The position numbers and the translations under genes are program-made. The notes beneath the pieces were generated by a model that saw only the letters and a list, made by a program, of their open reading frames with translations, did no database searches and had not been told where the DNA came from. From Mayamaea pseudoterrestris (taxonomy: Eukaryota), in assembly GCA_027923505.1 (NCBI GenBank), contig BROI01000022.1, forward strand, positions 496,001 to 560,000: a DNA stretch of 64,000 bases. The letters run 5' to 3'. Below, one piece after another: positions 25,549 to 38,600 of this stretch (its first letter is position 1; every line of letters starts with the position of its first letter).

Positions 25549-27260
25549 TTAATTGAATAAAGTGCGCTCGGCTGCTGGGTTCTGTTCAAGCTCCAGCTCT
25601 GCCTTCTTCGTCTTTTTGAGCATGACGGCGCCTTCACGGAGAATGTTCAGCTTGCGATACATTGCAATGCGCGCATCAGCACTAGCCCGCTTGCTCGCCG
25701 CAGCTTCCTTCAGCGCCTCGATCTCCTTGCCCAAAGTAGCTGCCTGCTCTTTGAGCTCCTTGATGCGGAGGACAGCTGACTCGTACTGCGTTTTCTCTTC
25801 GCGGACCTTGACCAGCGCCGCCTCCGCCTCTTCAATGCCAGTTTTGAGCGTTTCAAGTTTCGTATCCATCTCTTCCTTGTGCTTTACCAATTGCTCCGTC
25901 TCTTCATCCATGAGCTTGGCTTCTTCGTTCGTTTCGGCCGTCTTGGCCGACTCGCGCAAGCCCTTTACCATTTCGACAAGGTTCTTGTAGTCAACGTCCT
26001 TTCCAACATTGTCAATCTCCATTTGATTATTGGCCGCTTGCAAAGGTTCAAGCTCCACTTCAAACTTTGTTTCCAACGCGTGAATTAGCTTGACCTTTTC
26101 ATCCAATTGCATCTTGGCAGCGGCAAGGGCGGCGCCAATCTCCTCCTGCTTGGTAAAGAGCCCGTTGCGTTCCGCACGCGCCGCTTCAATGGCTTGCTTG
26201 TGACCATCCCGCTCATCCTTCAGCTTCTTGTAAGCAGTCAGTTGATCGTTAATGTCTTGACTAAAGGCATTGGTTTTGGCCGTGGCAGCGTCAATGTCGT
26301 GTGCCTTCTTCTTGAGGGTGGTGAGGCGAGCCTTGGCATTGTCAATCTGCTTTGCCTGAGCGGAGCGTGCCGCAACGCCGGCGCCCTTCTTGTCGGCAAG
26401 TTTCTTCTTCTGTATATAAGAAGAGAGGCAGTTAATAAAATAATTCTACATTGAGCGAAGTAAGAGATGAAAGCGACATCATTTTGATCACATACCAATG
26501 CGTCCAGCTTCGTCGCGACCGCCACCTCCTCCTTCTTGCTCGCCGCCAGAGTCGTTTCCAAATGCATTAACCGCTGCTTCTCGTCGTGAATTTCCTTGCG
26601 GCGATTCTCCGCCAGTGTCTTGGCAGTCTCCAACTCGTCGCGCGCCCGCTGCAACTTGTCATTGCCGGCACTAATGCTCGCCTCGAGCTCCGCCTTCTTT
26701 TGAATGCAATCTCGGAGCGTCGCAAAAGCGCTCTCGCCGTCATGGAAATTCTTTTCAAACATTTCCTGTTTGGCGGCTGAGCTTTTGCGAGAGGCAGGGA
26801 GAGACTTGCCACTCGATGCAGCGGCCGCAATCTCGTTCTTGTCGTTCAACTTGACATTTTTATCGTCATCATTCTCCAAATCGAGCAACATGCCAGTTTC
26901 GCTGGACAGCGTCGCATCAACGTTGCGCAACATTTGCTGGTTCATTTTATATTGATCCGCCAGTCGCAGTCCATCCCGCAGCAATCCAGCTTGCTCCTTG
27001 GCGGAGTACATCTTGTCCTTTTGCAGCGACTTGGCAAGATTCTGTTCCAACGTGATACTCTTTTCAACGGCAGCGCAGTTTTGGTTCAACTTTTCCATTT
27101 GCTTGACAATGTCGCGGCGGCAGTCCTCCGTGACGGATGGATTGTTCATGCCGAAATCGAGAAAGTCGTTGCTGGCGATGGCGTCTGGGTTGCTGCTGAC
27201 TGGAGTAACGTGAGGGACAGAGGTCTGCTGCCGCGATGGAGTGCTTCCGGTGTGACGCAT
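25549..27260 (-). CDS. Long coiled-coil protein; exons 27260-26496 and 26409-25549
   Basis: A GTATG..CAG intron (26495-26410) joins ORF 26238..27260 in frame to the E/K/A-rich ORF ending at 25549. Confidence 0.75.
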
Positions 27261-27601
27261 CTTGAAAGATCAGTTAGTAGTAAGGTTGCAGTAGAGTGCG
27301 ACAGTGTCGGTAGTTTGTGTGCTGTGATGGCTGCAGACGAGGCTGTCACAACTATGGCCAAAATGAAAAAAATGACGCCGATTCGCGGAGTCAAGATCCG
27401 GACAAGTCTTACCGGTACTGAATGCCCGTTGTCGTCGCCGCGCCGCTCGAATGGATGGAGATTCATTACAACCATCGAATCCATCCCAGCAGCAGAGTCG
27501 CACACTCTTGGAGCAACAAGGACAAGTCAAGAACAAGATCATCTTGCATATTAAAGTATCCGTGGCTCAAGACATTTGTTACAACGAAGCAACCCGCAAA
27601 A

Positions 27602-30600
27602 ATGAGGTGAGACAATTCGCAACTCAGGCCGCTCGGACGGCACGCAACAATTTTTTGTTCTTTGCGTTGGATGACCTTCATTTTAGACTTGATTACGCAG
27701 CGCCACAAGTGACTTTACACAATAAGACCATGATAGCTTCATGAATGTGCAATAGAAATTTGGAACAAACGCTTGGACTCACTCACTCGACAATCTCATT
27801 CACTTTCGGCCCATTACCCAATTCACAGCAATCGAGGACGAGACAGTCATCATGCTCCTCATCCAAATCACAATCAGCAGCAGCATAATCCAGTCCAGCC
27901 TCTCCACCCGCAGGACGAAACCCGCGCCTCCAAGGGGTTGGACCACTTCAAGCGCGGCTACCAGGAGCGCGCCAGCACGAGGGACCGCGAGTTTTACTCT
28001 CAGCAACGCACCAAGCGACTGGATCGCAGCGGCAACATCAACGACAACCATAACAACAACAGCGACCCATGGGCCAATCGAGACCGCGTCACTATAGTCT
28101 TTGGATTAGATTGCAACCAGTTACTGGATGAAATGCTCAAAACGAGGGATCGGCGCACCGTCTTTGACATTTTGGACAAGGCGCGGCAACAATATGCGCA
28201 AGGGTTCGAATGCGGCAAGGCAATCACGGCTCTCATTTCGGCGTCGGCTCGTCGACGCCACACGCAACTGGCCTATACGATTTGGGACTGGGTGCTGGCG
28301 GTCAAAATTCCGTTGAACGTGTTTCACTACAATGCCATGATTGCCGTGGCGGCGACGGAGCGGGCACCGGAAAAGGCACTTGGTTTAATGGACGAAATGA
28401 CGCGCTTCAAGATTCCCAAGAATGAAGTCACGTGAGTAGACACGACAATAGTGGCATCTGGCTCAATGTTGAATCTCTGCTGTTTCACACAAACAATCAA
28501 CCATGCTCACAAATTTACAAACATTTTGCAATCAACTTTATAACAATTCACAGCTTCTCCAGCGCCATTACCGCCTGCGAAAAGAAGGGCGACTGGCGAA
28601 CCGCCATGGACTTGCTGGATGGCATGGAGCGGGAAGGCTTTCCGCGAACAGCCATTGCCTACAATGCAGCCATTTCGGCCTGCGAAAAGGGCATGGTGCC
28701 GGCCAAGGCGTGCGAAGTGTTTAACCGCATGAAGCGAGAAGGTATTGTTCCGAGCGTAGTGACGTACTCGGCCTTGATTAGTGCGGCCGAGAAGGGTGGT
28801 CAATGGAGACTTGCCATGGACATTTTGGAGGATATGAAGCGCGACGGTCATCGTGGCAACGTCATAGCTTATTCGGCCGCCATTTCCGCGCTAGCCAAGG
28901 GTCAACAGTCGGAACTGGCGCTGCAGCTGTTTCGCGAGATTCAATCTTGTGGACGCGAACCAAGCATTGTAACATATAATGCTACGATGACAGCCTTGGA
29001 GAAGGGCTTGGAATGGGAAAAGGCTCTGGAGCTGTTTGACGAGATGAAGACGAGGAACCTCCATGTCACGGTTGTCAGTTATGGTAGCGCGATTAGTGCC
29101 TGCGACAAGGGATTGCAGTACCGACAGGCTCTCGAGTTTTTGGACGAAATGACGGAAATGGGAATCCAAAAGAATGTTATCATCTTTGGCGCGGCATTGT
29201 CTTGCATGGAAAAGTGTTGTCGCGCCGACATTTGCTTTTTGCTGATGGAGCGCATGCGTCAAGAAAAGGTTGCTCCAAATGTACACATTTTTAACAGCGC
29301 CATCTCGGCGTGTGCTCGAAGCAACCTTTGGGAAAAGGGATACGAGCTATTTAAGGAAATGGAGGCAGCCAATGTTGCTCGCGATGTTGTTTCCTATAAC
29401 GCAGTGCTCGACGCAGTGCAGACTCAGATCCGTCTTGGTCGGACGCTGTTCAGGGAGGGCGTCGACAAGGGGTTCTACGCTCGCGTGTCTCGGATTACCA
29501 ACCAATGGTTCGAACTAGACGTACATTTCATGTCGCTTGGTGGCGGTGAAATTGCGGTTGGCTGGTGGTTTGAGGAGCGCCTCGTTGAATTCATGGAGGA
29601 CCTTGAGAAGCTGAGGGATGTCAAGTCAATTTCTATTGTTACCGGCTATGGCAAGACTCGGACGAGAGGCAGGCGACTTGGCGACGACGGTATGAGAAAG
29701 CGCGTCAAGGCCATGCTGACATTTATGGATATCAAAGAGCAGGAGCAACCAAACCTTGGGCGAATTCACATTGACATGGATGCTTTCATCGCTACTATCA
29801 AGAAGAATGGCGGCCGAATCATTTTTGATCTTGACGGATATATTGGCTGGAAGGAAGCTGAGACCACGACCAACTCTGTACCTGACGTTGAGCAGAAGAT
29901 TCGACCGAGGTACCGGCCTATCAATGCTGGGTCAAATGGTCCTCCATTTGAGCGTATCGAAACTGATCAGACATCTCCAGAGTACAGATTGGAGAACATG
30001 AAAGGATTAATGGTTCAAGAATCCGATGGGCGCGCCGCCGACAATATGGATCGGCGCGTAAACGACGGCCGGGGTGGTCCACCGCCGCATGGACGTGACG
30101 CTGAATACACCCGCCGCAACGGTGATAGAGATGGGCCCCGTGGCGACTCGCATGGCGGTGCTCCTAGACGTGGAGGTTTTGACGATCGTTCGAGGGGCGA
30201 AGGTGGAGCTCGCGAGGACCGCAGGAGCAACGATGACTTTCGCGACGGGCCGCGAGGCAATGAACGCGATGGGCGAGAACCTAATCGTCAAAATGGAGGA
30301 TATGATAGTGGCCGAGGAGATTTTCGTGAGAGTAGGCCGACCCGCGGTGGTTTTGGTGGCGGCCGCAATAATCATGACAATGCTGGGCCAAGGGACGACC
30401 AATACAATCGCGACGGTCGCTTTCGCGATAATGGCGGAGACGGCAGGGGCCGCGCTGATGGTCGCTACGAGAATGACAGAGATAATAGCCGAGTCGATGG
30501 TCGAGATTCAGGTCGATACAACGACGACGCTCATGGGCGCTCAAACGGCTCGCGAAACTACGATGCTCGTTTCAACGACCAATCCGGCCGAGTTAGTCGC

Positions 30601-30720
30601 GAGAATTCTCAAGGAGGAGAGAATGTTCAGCGCAAACGCGGCTATCAAGATGTTGAAGCCAGTCAGCCGCAGACGCGTGGATATGATTTGGAACCAAACC
30701 GGCAAAAGCGACGATCTTGA
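27602..30720 (+). CDS. PPR-Smr protein with RG/RD-rich tail; exons 27602-27606, 27829-28431 and 28554-30720
   Basis: About ten 35-aa PPR repeats (e.g. VVTYSALISAAEKGGQWRLAMDILEDM) and an Smr-like domain (ELDVHFMS..SISIVTGYGK). Introns GTGAG..CAG keep the frame. Confidence 0.88.
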
Positions 30721-31140
30721 AGAGTTGATTCTGCGAGTGCAATTGCTGGGACAATGTTCACCAGTCTCATAGCGTTAACTATGAGTTTCATATACAGTGA
30801 ATACAGTATACTTGCATTTAACGCCTACCGGTAGTCGCGACGAATGCGTCTTGCAGACTTGGCGGAAAGCAGATAGCTGAGGGCTCGCCCATTTTGGGTC
30901 GTGCGAGCCGTTGCAACGTCGTAACGCGACTGACAAATTTGCGCCCTCGACGAAATTCTGATCCAATCTCACTGCTGCCGGACCTCAAGGCCCTGAAGGA
31001 GACTGCGGCAACTTGTCCTTTTGCAGTGTCAAGCAGCTGTAACAAGCGTAGGAATTGAGCGAAAGATTTAGTTATTGCAAACTTTGTCGCAGGTTCTTGT
31101 TTCGTGTTTCGATTCCGATTGCCGACTGACCATCCTGACC

Positions 31141-32654
31141 ATGGAGTTGCCGATGAAAACAAGAGAGGCAAAGGCCGATTCAGCATTGCACCATCAGCAA
31201 CCAGCAAAGCAAAAGAGTTCAGGCACAAATTCTTCATTAGCGAAATGTGATTCGTTAGTGCTGTGGAACCCTTCGTTTCCAGATGTCCTTCCTACGCCTC
31301 TTGCTATAGCCAGCAGCAGCGTCGCACTCGTGCCGACAAACGTTTGGGGACTAGACTTTTTTGATGCTCAAGATTCTAAAATACCTGGCAGCAACAAACA
31401 TCGATCAACGGCAGATACTATTGTCACGTATCAGTCGGACCAAAGCGTCAGTTCACATTTCAAACCATGGACGCAAGCAATGATTCTCAGCAGTCGGCTG
31501 CCCCTACACCCTCAGCCACCGACGGACTGCGACGATAGCATTGGCTGTACAAGGAGGAAGGCGCTGCTTTACCGAGAGGAAGATGCTGATGAAGATGATT
31601 GCACTAACAGTCGCGCCATTGTGGCAAGCACCAGTTACGCTACCGATGTTTCGCAATCACACGTTCGAACGCCAATTGTCATTCTTCTCATGGACCCGGC
31701 GCAAAAGTCGTACGAGCTAATGCAGCTTTGGATCGACCCTCAGGTTGATAGTGTCGGAGACGTTATGCAGGCGATGCAAAAGCAGTTGCACGACAAGGAC
31801 GACTGGAAGACTGACTACGAAGGTTTGTTTCATATTCGCAACTCGCAATGTACGCAGCTCACTCACAATGTCCGCATGGACCAGTACAATGCACAGCCGT
31901 ATCAAGTCTATATTGCCAAGCCATGGAGCATGAATGTAAAGTTGGCGCAGCAACATGCCAGCGAGCTTGTGCACTTTCTACAGGAGCTTCAAGTACTGGA
32001 AGCTGGTCCAACTGAGCCGCCGCTGTGGCTTTCACAACAACCCCATACGCCAAACGCGATGACCGTGCGGCAGGACTCGGTCTTGCTGCTCAGCAGGCAA
32101 GCTCGCGCTCGCATCTTTGTATCCGATGGAATATTGACCCATTACCATGCATGTCAGTTTTTATCGTTTTGTCCGCCGTTTGAGCTGCCCGTTCAATCGC
32201 TCCTTTGCCTGGACGTTTTGGGTAATACTTTGGCGATTGGCAATGACGACAGTGAAAGCGTCTTTAGTGACGATGCAGAGCAACAACGCAAACCAAAGGT
32301 CGCGTCAAAGGTCTGCCACAAGGCGCATCAAGATGAACAAGCGAGCTTGGCAGTCTGCCACATGAAAGGCCAAGCAAAACCAAGCCCACAAGACAACGAC
32401 GACGGCTATTTAAAAATTGGGCATGTTGCTGGTCGAGCCGTCAACTTGATTTCGTCATTGACGGCGGAAGCTTGCCAACCAACTGCGCGACCTCGCTTAT
32501 GGAAGATTCAATGCGGAACAGCAATAGCAACAGTGACGACGACGATGATGTGTCCACAGCGGACATTTCGTATGCTTCCGCGTCCATGCCGCTGATGTAT
32601 AATCAATCACTGCAGACGATACAATGGACAAAACTAGATAATACAGAAATGTAA
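31141..32654 (+). CDS. Hypothetical protein; C-terminus probably continues after a 1-nt homopolymer frameshift near 32412-32416
   Basis: Globular-looking segment RTPIVILLMDPAQKSYELMQLWID..YEGLF..YIAKPW. The shifted frame ending at 32654 reads more like natural protein. Confidence 0.65.
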
Positions 32655-32687
32655 GCTACAAATAAGAATTCAAAAACTCTTTTCCAC

Positions 32688-35600
32688 TTAGTCTTCCCGC
32701 TGAGCGTCGCGTCGACTAATGTAATCGACTCTCTTACCGTCGTCAAGAAGAACGTCCCTGGCGTTCTCCAAGGCCTGGAATATCGTTTGAGCATCCTCGC
32801 TCTCGTTCTTGTCGGGGTCAAACAAATTAGCAAGTTTACGATATGATTCTTCAATGATTCCGACAGGAGTTTCAGTATTTACGTCCAGCAGCTCGAAGTA
32901 ACAAACTTCAGTATCGGCGAGGATCAAACGGATGCGAGCCATTTCCTTCTCTTGAATACTAGCCTTAATTTTGGCTGCCAAAGGTTCCTCCTTAGCAGAA
33001 TCATCTCCCTGCCACTTTCTTCGTACTCCAGCAAATGATTTCTCTAACCGCTTTCGTCGTTCACTGAGCATCTTCGCTTTTATGTTTTTGACACCCGACG
33101 AAAAGACTCGATTTGTGCCTTTCATCCCGTTGAGTTCCTCGAAAAATAACATGGCTTGTTTCTGTCTATCACCATCCAACATCGTCTCCAAGCATGTATG
33201 TGAACGATAGTGCAACTCTTCCTTCTCATTGACTGCCTCCAGTCGCTTTTTAAACTCATTTGTGGCCATCGCAGACCGTTTCTGATCTAGGTGCTTCCAG
33301 CGCTTTTCACCGTTAATAATGCCACGAATCTCGTCACCCGACAATCCAAGATCATTTGTAAGCTGCTTGGCATTGATAACCATACTGTAAGATCCGTCTG
33401 CACCTTGCCGTGCACACCGCCCCTTAATCTGAGTCTCCTCTGACGCATCTGAAGAGAAGAATGCTTGGATAACGTGGACACCTCCAGCTTGCAACATCGT
33501 CTTGTCTAGACATTTGAAGTCTGTCCCACGCCCAAAGTCGCGGATCATCAGCGTTATTGCGCCTCTTGTCGTCGCCTTTTGGAACAAAGTTGTACGCTCA
33601 TGCAAAGGAGCACTTTCCGTAATTGTTCTTGTCTTACTTTTGAGCACTTGCATATAGGACGACTCATAAAAATCTAACAACGCTCGTTTAGATTCAAAGA
33701 AGACCATGACGGGGCGGTCTACCTCCTCGAGACCTCGTCTTGTCATAGTACGGCGACGGTGGATTTCATGCTTCAATTCAAGAAAGTGGTCTTCTCTCTG
33801 GCTGCAAATAATAACATCTTTGGCAACGGAATGTGAGACTCCATTCTAGCATTGTATCACGATCTCTGCTTGCATGGGACAGTACTCACCGGTCGCCGAC
33901 TCTGGAGCAAAATCGAGTCTGTTTTCGCCAAACACAGATGGAATGCACGAATATTTGAATATGTCGTATCGATCTTCCAGCACGCAGCGCTCTTCCTTAC
34001 TAAGAGCAGAAAGAGTACCAGTGACACCAAGAATCGCATCATATTCAAATGGGATTTCGGCGTTTGACAAGCGAGCAATAGCAGGACACAGGTTCACCAT
34101 TGAGTTCATGGTTGCTTCGGTGACATTGCCGATTTCGCACTCCTTTATGTATGCAAAACTGCAAAATGAAGAACAATAGTGAAAGGCCAAACCGTCGAAC
34201 ATCTAGCGATAAAAATTAAATGGAGTCAGGGAATACATCAGTTTTTGTGAGAGTTTGTCAGTGGACGCGGCATGTCATGTCTCACCTTGTAGCCAAGTAA
34301 TCCATCGGATACAACATAGTCGGCTCCTATTCCATCCCTTAAACCCTTGGCCGAAGCAACTAGCGGTTTGATTACCTTCTTCAGAAGTGGGTGGGCAATA
34401 CTAGGAAATCCAGCGAGAACATTGGTCACCTCCTGCGACGCCAGCAGCGATGCAGTCGTCAAGTTGGATGAGTTCTGCCACACATGTTGAAACAAGCGTA
34501 CGATCGAGTCATTGCATAGATCTAATCCAAGGTTACGTTCAGATCCAAAAGAGTTTGGACCAAAAAATACGTCAACTTCATCGACAAGCAATACTCGAGG
34601 ACGTGTTTTGTCATTGGGAGCCAACTCCCGGGCGCCGTTGGCCGTGCCGGTGAAAGCCTTTCTTGCAAGCTCACAAAATCCTTCAATGGAATCTGTCATC
34701 AACTTGTCGATTGTACCATAGGATATGTAGTCTTCGACTTGAAATGCTTGAAACAAAGGTCGGAATGCAGCAATATCTCGATCACTTAGATATTTGCTGT
34801 AGCAAACGCAGCATACTTCGTAGTCCAGGAGTGCGAGCACAGTCGCTGTCACGCCTAGCACTACCGACTTGCCTTCGCCAGTTTTCAGCTCCAGCAAATG
34901 ATTTTGCAGTGCTCGTTGGTCCTCTTCAATCACATTCAACAAGGTCAAAATCGCCACGACTTGGGCGGGATGAGGCTTCATCAGAAAATTTGTTTTTGTT
35001 GTGGTCAGAGCAAAAGCATTGCTACTTTTTAGAGACCAATATGCGAATGTATGCGAAGACAACGCAATTACTTGAGCCTCATATGTCAAGGAATTATCCT
35101 TCGACAACTGCATAGTTGCTTGGGCCAAGTCCGCGAGACTGTCAGTCCTGACGGTTAAAGCCTGCGAATTCGCATTGGAGCTAAACCGGCTTCCAAGATG
35201 CGCAGTAATTATACTGACGTACAATTCTTCAAAGTCTTCATACATTGATCTCAGACGTGACGAGCTCTTGCTGCTCAGGCTTAGGCCACTGATTACATAA
35301 GATATATCCTGACCAGCGGTTGCATCGTTGAATGCCGCATGTACCGCACCCTCAAAGCATTTGTGATCGGTAAGCAACTGCTGGCCAATATGCCCATCAT
35401 CATCCTTATCAAACTTTTGGAGAGCAAGTGAAAGATCAAGGAGGAAAGTGGTATTCTCCGAAGCGGACGATGCCATCTCAATAAATTGATCGATGCTTCT
35501 GTCGATTGTTAGTCGCCAACATGGAACGTCGCGGCTAGCTGTTTTCAACAACACGAGACCATTGACCATATCATTAAATGGCAATGACAAACCAATGGAG

Positions 35601-38600
35601 ATGTAACAGTCAAGCGCTTCACGCGCCGACTGAAAAGTACCTTCGCGATAGGAAAGAGACAGACGAGCCAGAGTCGGTTGCACCCTCGTTAATGCCTTTT
35701 CGATTGACTGCAAATTTCCGGAGAGAGCATATATGCAGCTAAAATTAGCCTTGTTTGTTGGAAATTTAGCGCAAAGACACGTTAGCTCGCGTCCTGCAGC
35801 ATTGATCTCTGCTTCAACCTTCTGTACGACCAGCGGATACAGATCCAGCACCCTCGACCCTTCATCCATATGCTCCTTTAGCTCGTGGACGGTTTGAGCA
35901 GCAGTCATGATTGCTACGATATCCGCGTAAAAGGTCTCTCGGGCATCTTCGTTAACGCAGGCTAGAATTTCGTTGAAAGATAAGCCGTGGATCTCCTTTT
36001 CCAGCTGGACTACTTCTAGTGCAGCATCTTCTTGAAGAATCTCCAGCTTTGGCCATGTAATGAGGCATAATTGTAGAGCTTTTAGTTGATGAAAATATCG
36101 ATCGGAAAGAACGAAGCTAACATCAACATTGCAGAAGGACGCGAAAGTTGAATGCAGCTTCTCAGCGTTCTTGTACGCCGACAAAATTCGACCAAAGTTT
36201 CCAAAGCTTCGTTCACTCACTTCTTTTCTGGGAGTATCTTTTAAACTCCTGATACAGTCTGTGACCGCATTAAGCGCTTCACACAGATGTTTTTCGAAAG
36301 CAGTGCGATTTTTGAATGTAAACAGAGACTTCAAGAGGCTGGAGTCCTTTGGTAACTGAACAAATGCAAATAGGAGACAAAGGGCAGGATGGACGTCGTC
36401 GTGGCCCCTCAAAAGGGACATAAGTTGACTTAATGCATTGCCTGTTGCACTGAGGCGCTGGACGATCCATAGTGCTTGGTTTATCTGCCCATAAAAATGC
36501 CGAATCAATGCTTGCTGAGCGTTCGTCAGTTCAGAACGTGCAGTGTTCATACCAAACAAACTTCTCGCGTTATTCATAAACCCAGACATAACGCCAGACT
36601 TCTGTGTTTTGATGACTTCACACCAAAGGTCCCAGTGTTCCGGCTCACTTAATTCCACCAGCAGCTTTCCAGCATCTTCGTTCCCGCATTTGAGGCGATG
36701 TAGTAGCGAGTTTGCCGCCGAAGTTGCATCTTGTAATCCGCGAACAAGATTCTGCGCTTCTTCCGCCAATGCGTCATCCAGCAAAGAGTGCTTTGAGATG
36801 CTCAACGAAAGAGATTCTTGAATGCATGTGGCCTCCATATCGTCGAAGCCTTTCCATTTGACGATTGTTTGTAAGCCACGGCGCACACAGCAAAGCGTTG
36901 CCCCAATAACATCCGACTCTCGTTTTTTCATACTAATGTCAGCAGTCGACTCAACGATTTGGCCAAGTTTCTTTCCACACAGTTTTGTAATTCTTGCAAG
37001 GTAGAGCAGCGTGCATGTATCAAAGTCTTGTACTAGCTCTAGCCAACCCGATAAATTTGGGAAACAAACGCCTGGAGCTTTTAAAGTCTCCTCGCTCGAT
37101 GCGAGACGCGACAGAAGGAAGGCACGGGCACATCCAAGATACTCAAAGTCGATAGTCTCGCATGCTTCGAAACAGCGCTTAGTGTCAGCAAACCCGTGAC
37201 AGTCGCTGACAAACTTGCTCAGGGCAGATTCTGCTCTCTCGCTCGCCTTGCGCAATGATGTCATGATGAAACTAAAAACATCGTGATAAAACACATGGGT
37301 CCGCGACTCAACGATCCTCTCCCCGGCAAGAAAGTCGCTAAAATTAGCAGCTAGGTCAATGCAGGCTGCATTGTTGTCAACAATAATAGGAAAATGGTAT
37401 GGGTTGTTGCTAATTACCGCGGCGATGTCGGTAAGAGTATTCGTTACCCAAGCCACGCCCATGTCGATGTTTCGTGTCATGGCCGCTCTGACTGCCTCGT
37501 CCAAAGCTGTTCCTCCAAATGTAAGACTTAGAACCTTCAGTCGCAAGATTGAACTGAAAAGTAACTGCTGGCGCAAGCCAACATACTCTAACCCCTCGCT
37601 GCAAGCCTTCGCTGTATCCGCGAGCAGTGCATCGGTCAATGTTGCGCTCACCAACCGGATAACAGTCGAGAGCCTATTTCGGGCAGCAGTGATTCCACAA
37701 ATATCTAACAACGGAGCGAATAGAAGCAACCCGTCAAAAGTTGTCTTGACCTGCATAACATAATGCGCAAAATCATCATTGAATCTACCGAGGACGTCTC
37801 GGGTCTCGCTAAGCAGAACGTTCGAGCAACGATCGAATGCGAAAGTCACAGCCGACGTTGCACGGATCCAAAAAGGGTTAATGTCGGGCATTGCAGTTGC
37901 GAGGCGATCAAACAGTGCCATTAATTCCAGAGCTCGAGGGAAGTCGCGTTCCTCCAACGAAGCCGAAACTTGTTCCAAAAAGTCGTAGAGTTGCAGATGC
38001 AATTTTTCCATCGCCATTTTCGACTTGCGATCCTTTATGCTCAGGCGAGGATTGTCAATACAGTTTAAATTCCCTTTCCATAGGCTGCGCAACAGGTCCT
38101 CGTAATTCCCCTCTTCCAAATCGACGCATCGAGCGCACGGAGTCGTTTTAACAATCATATCGTGGACAAAACTCGAAAGCATCTCATTAGCGGCGTCAGC
38201 ACCACAGCGCTCCCTGAAGAATTTAGTCAGCTTTAAGTGAAGACGCTTGGCGTCTTTTGGTCCGCACTTCGTGAAGACATACCGGAAAGGAGCAAAACCA
38301 CCGGATTGCATACCGTCAGCAAAGATACGATTGTACGCGTCGAGTGCGTCCGACAATAATTTGCAACGACCCGTTGTCAGTTCAGGAACGCTCATTACCA
38401 AGACCGGTCGTACGCTCTTAGCTTTGCGGAGAGCAGAAATAATGCCTGTCTGGTTTGCTATTTCCATCTCCACCCCAGAGGTGTCGAGGAGTCCGGGGAC
38501 GTCACAAATTACAAGTGCCTCTCCATCAATGCTCGTTTGCACAGCTTGAATCGTGCTAGTTACTGATGTTGTACCGGACGCAACGGCGAAGCCTGCAAGA

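Noticed and set aside
27451..27744. 97-aa ORF as first exon of the PPR gene
   Set aside because: At the GTGAG donor (27607) it is phase 0, whereas the 27828 acceptor needs phase 2. ATG 27602 fits instead.
32688..35000. Canonical plastid protein translocase SecA
   Set aside because: There is no bipartite presequence, the domain is fused behind a GTPase and ahead of a J-like domain, and the SecA C-terminal scaffold is missing.
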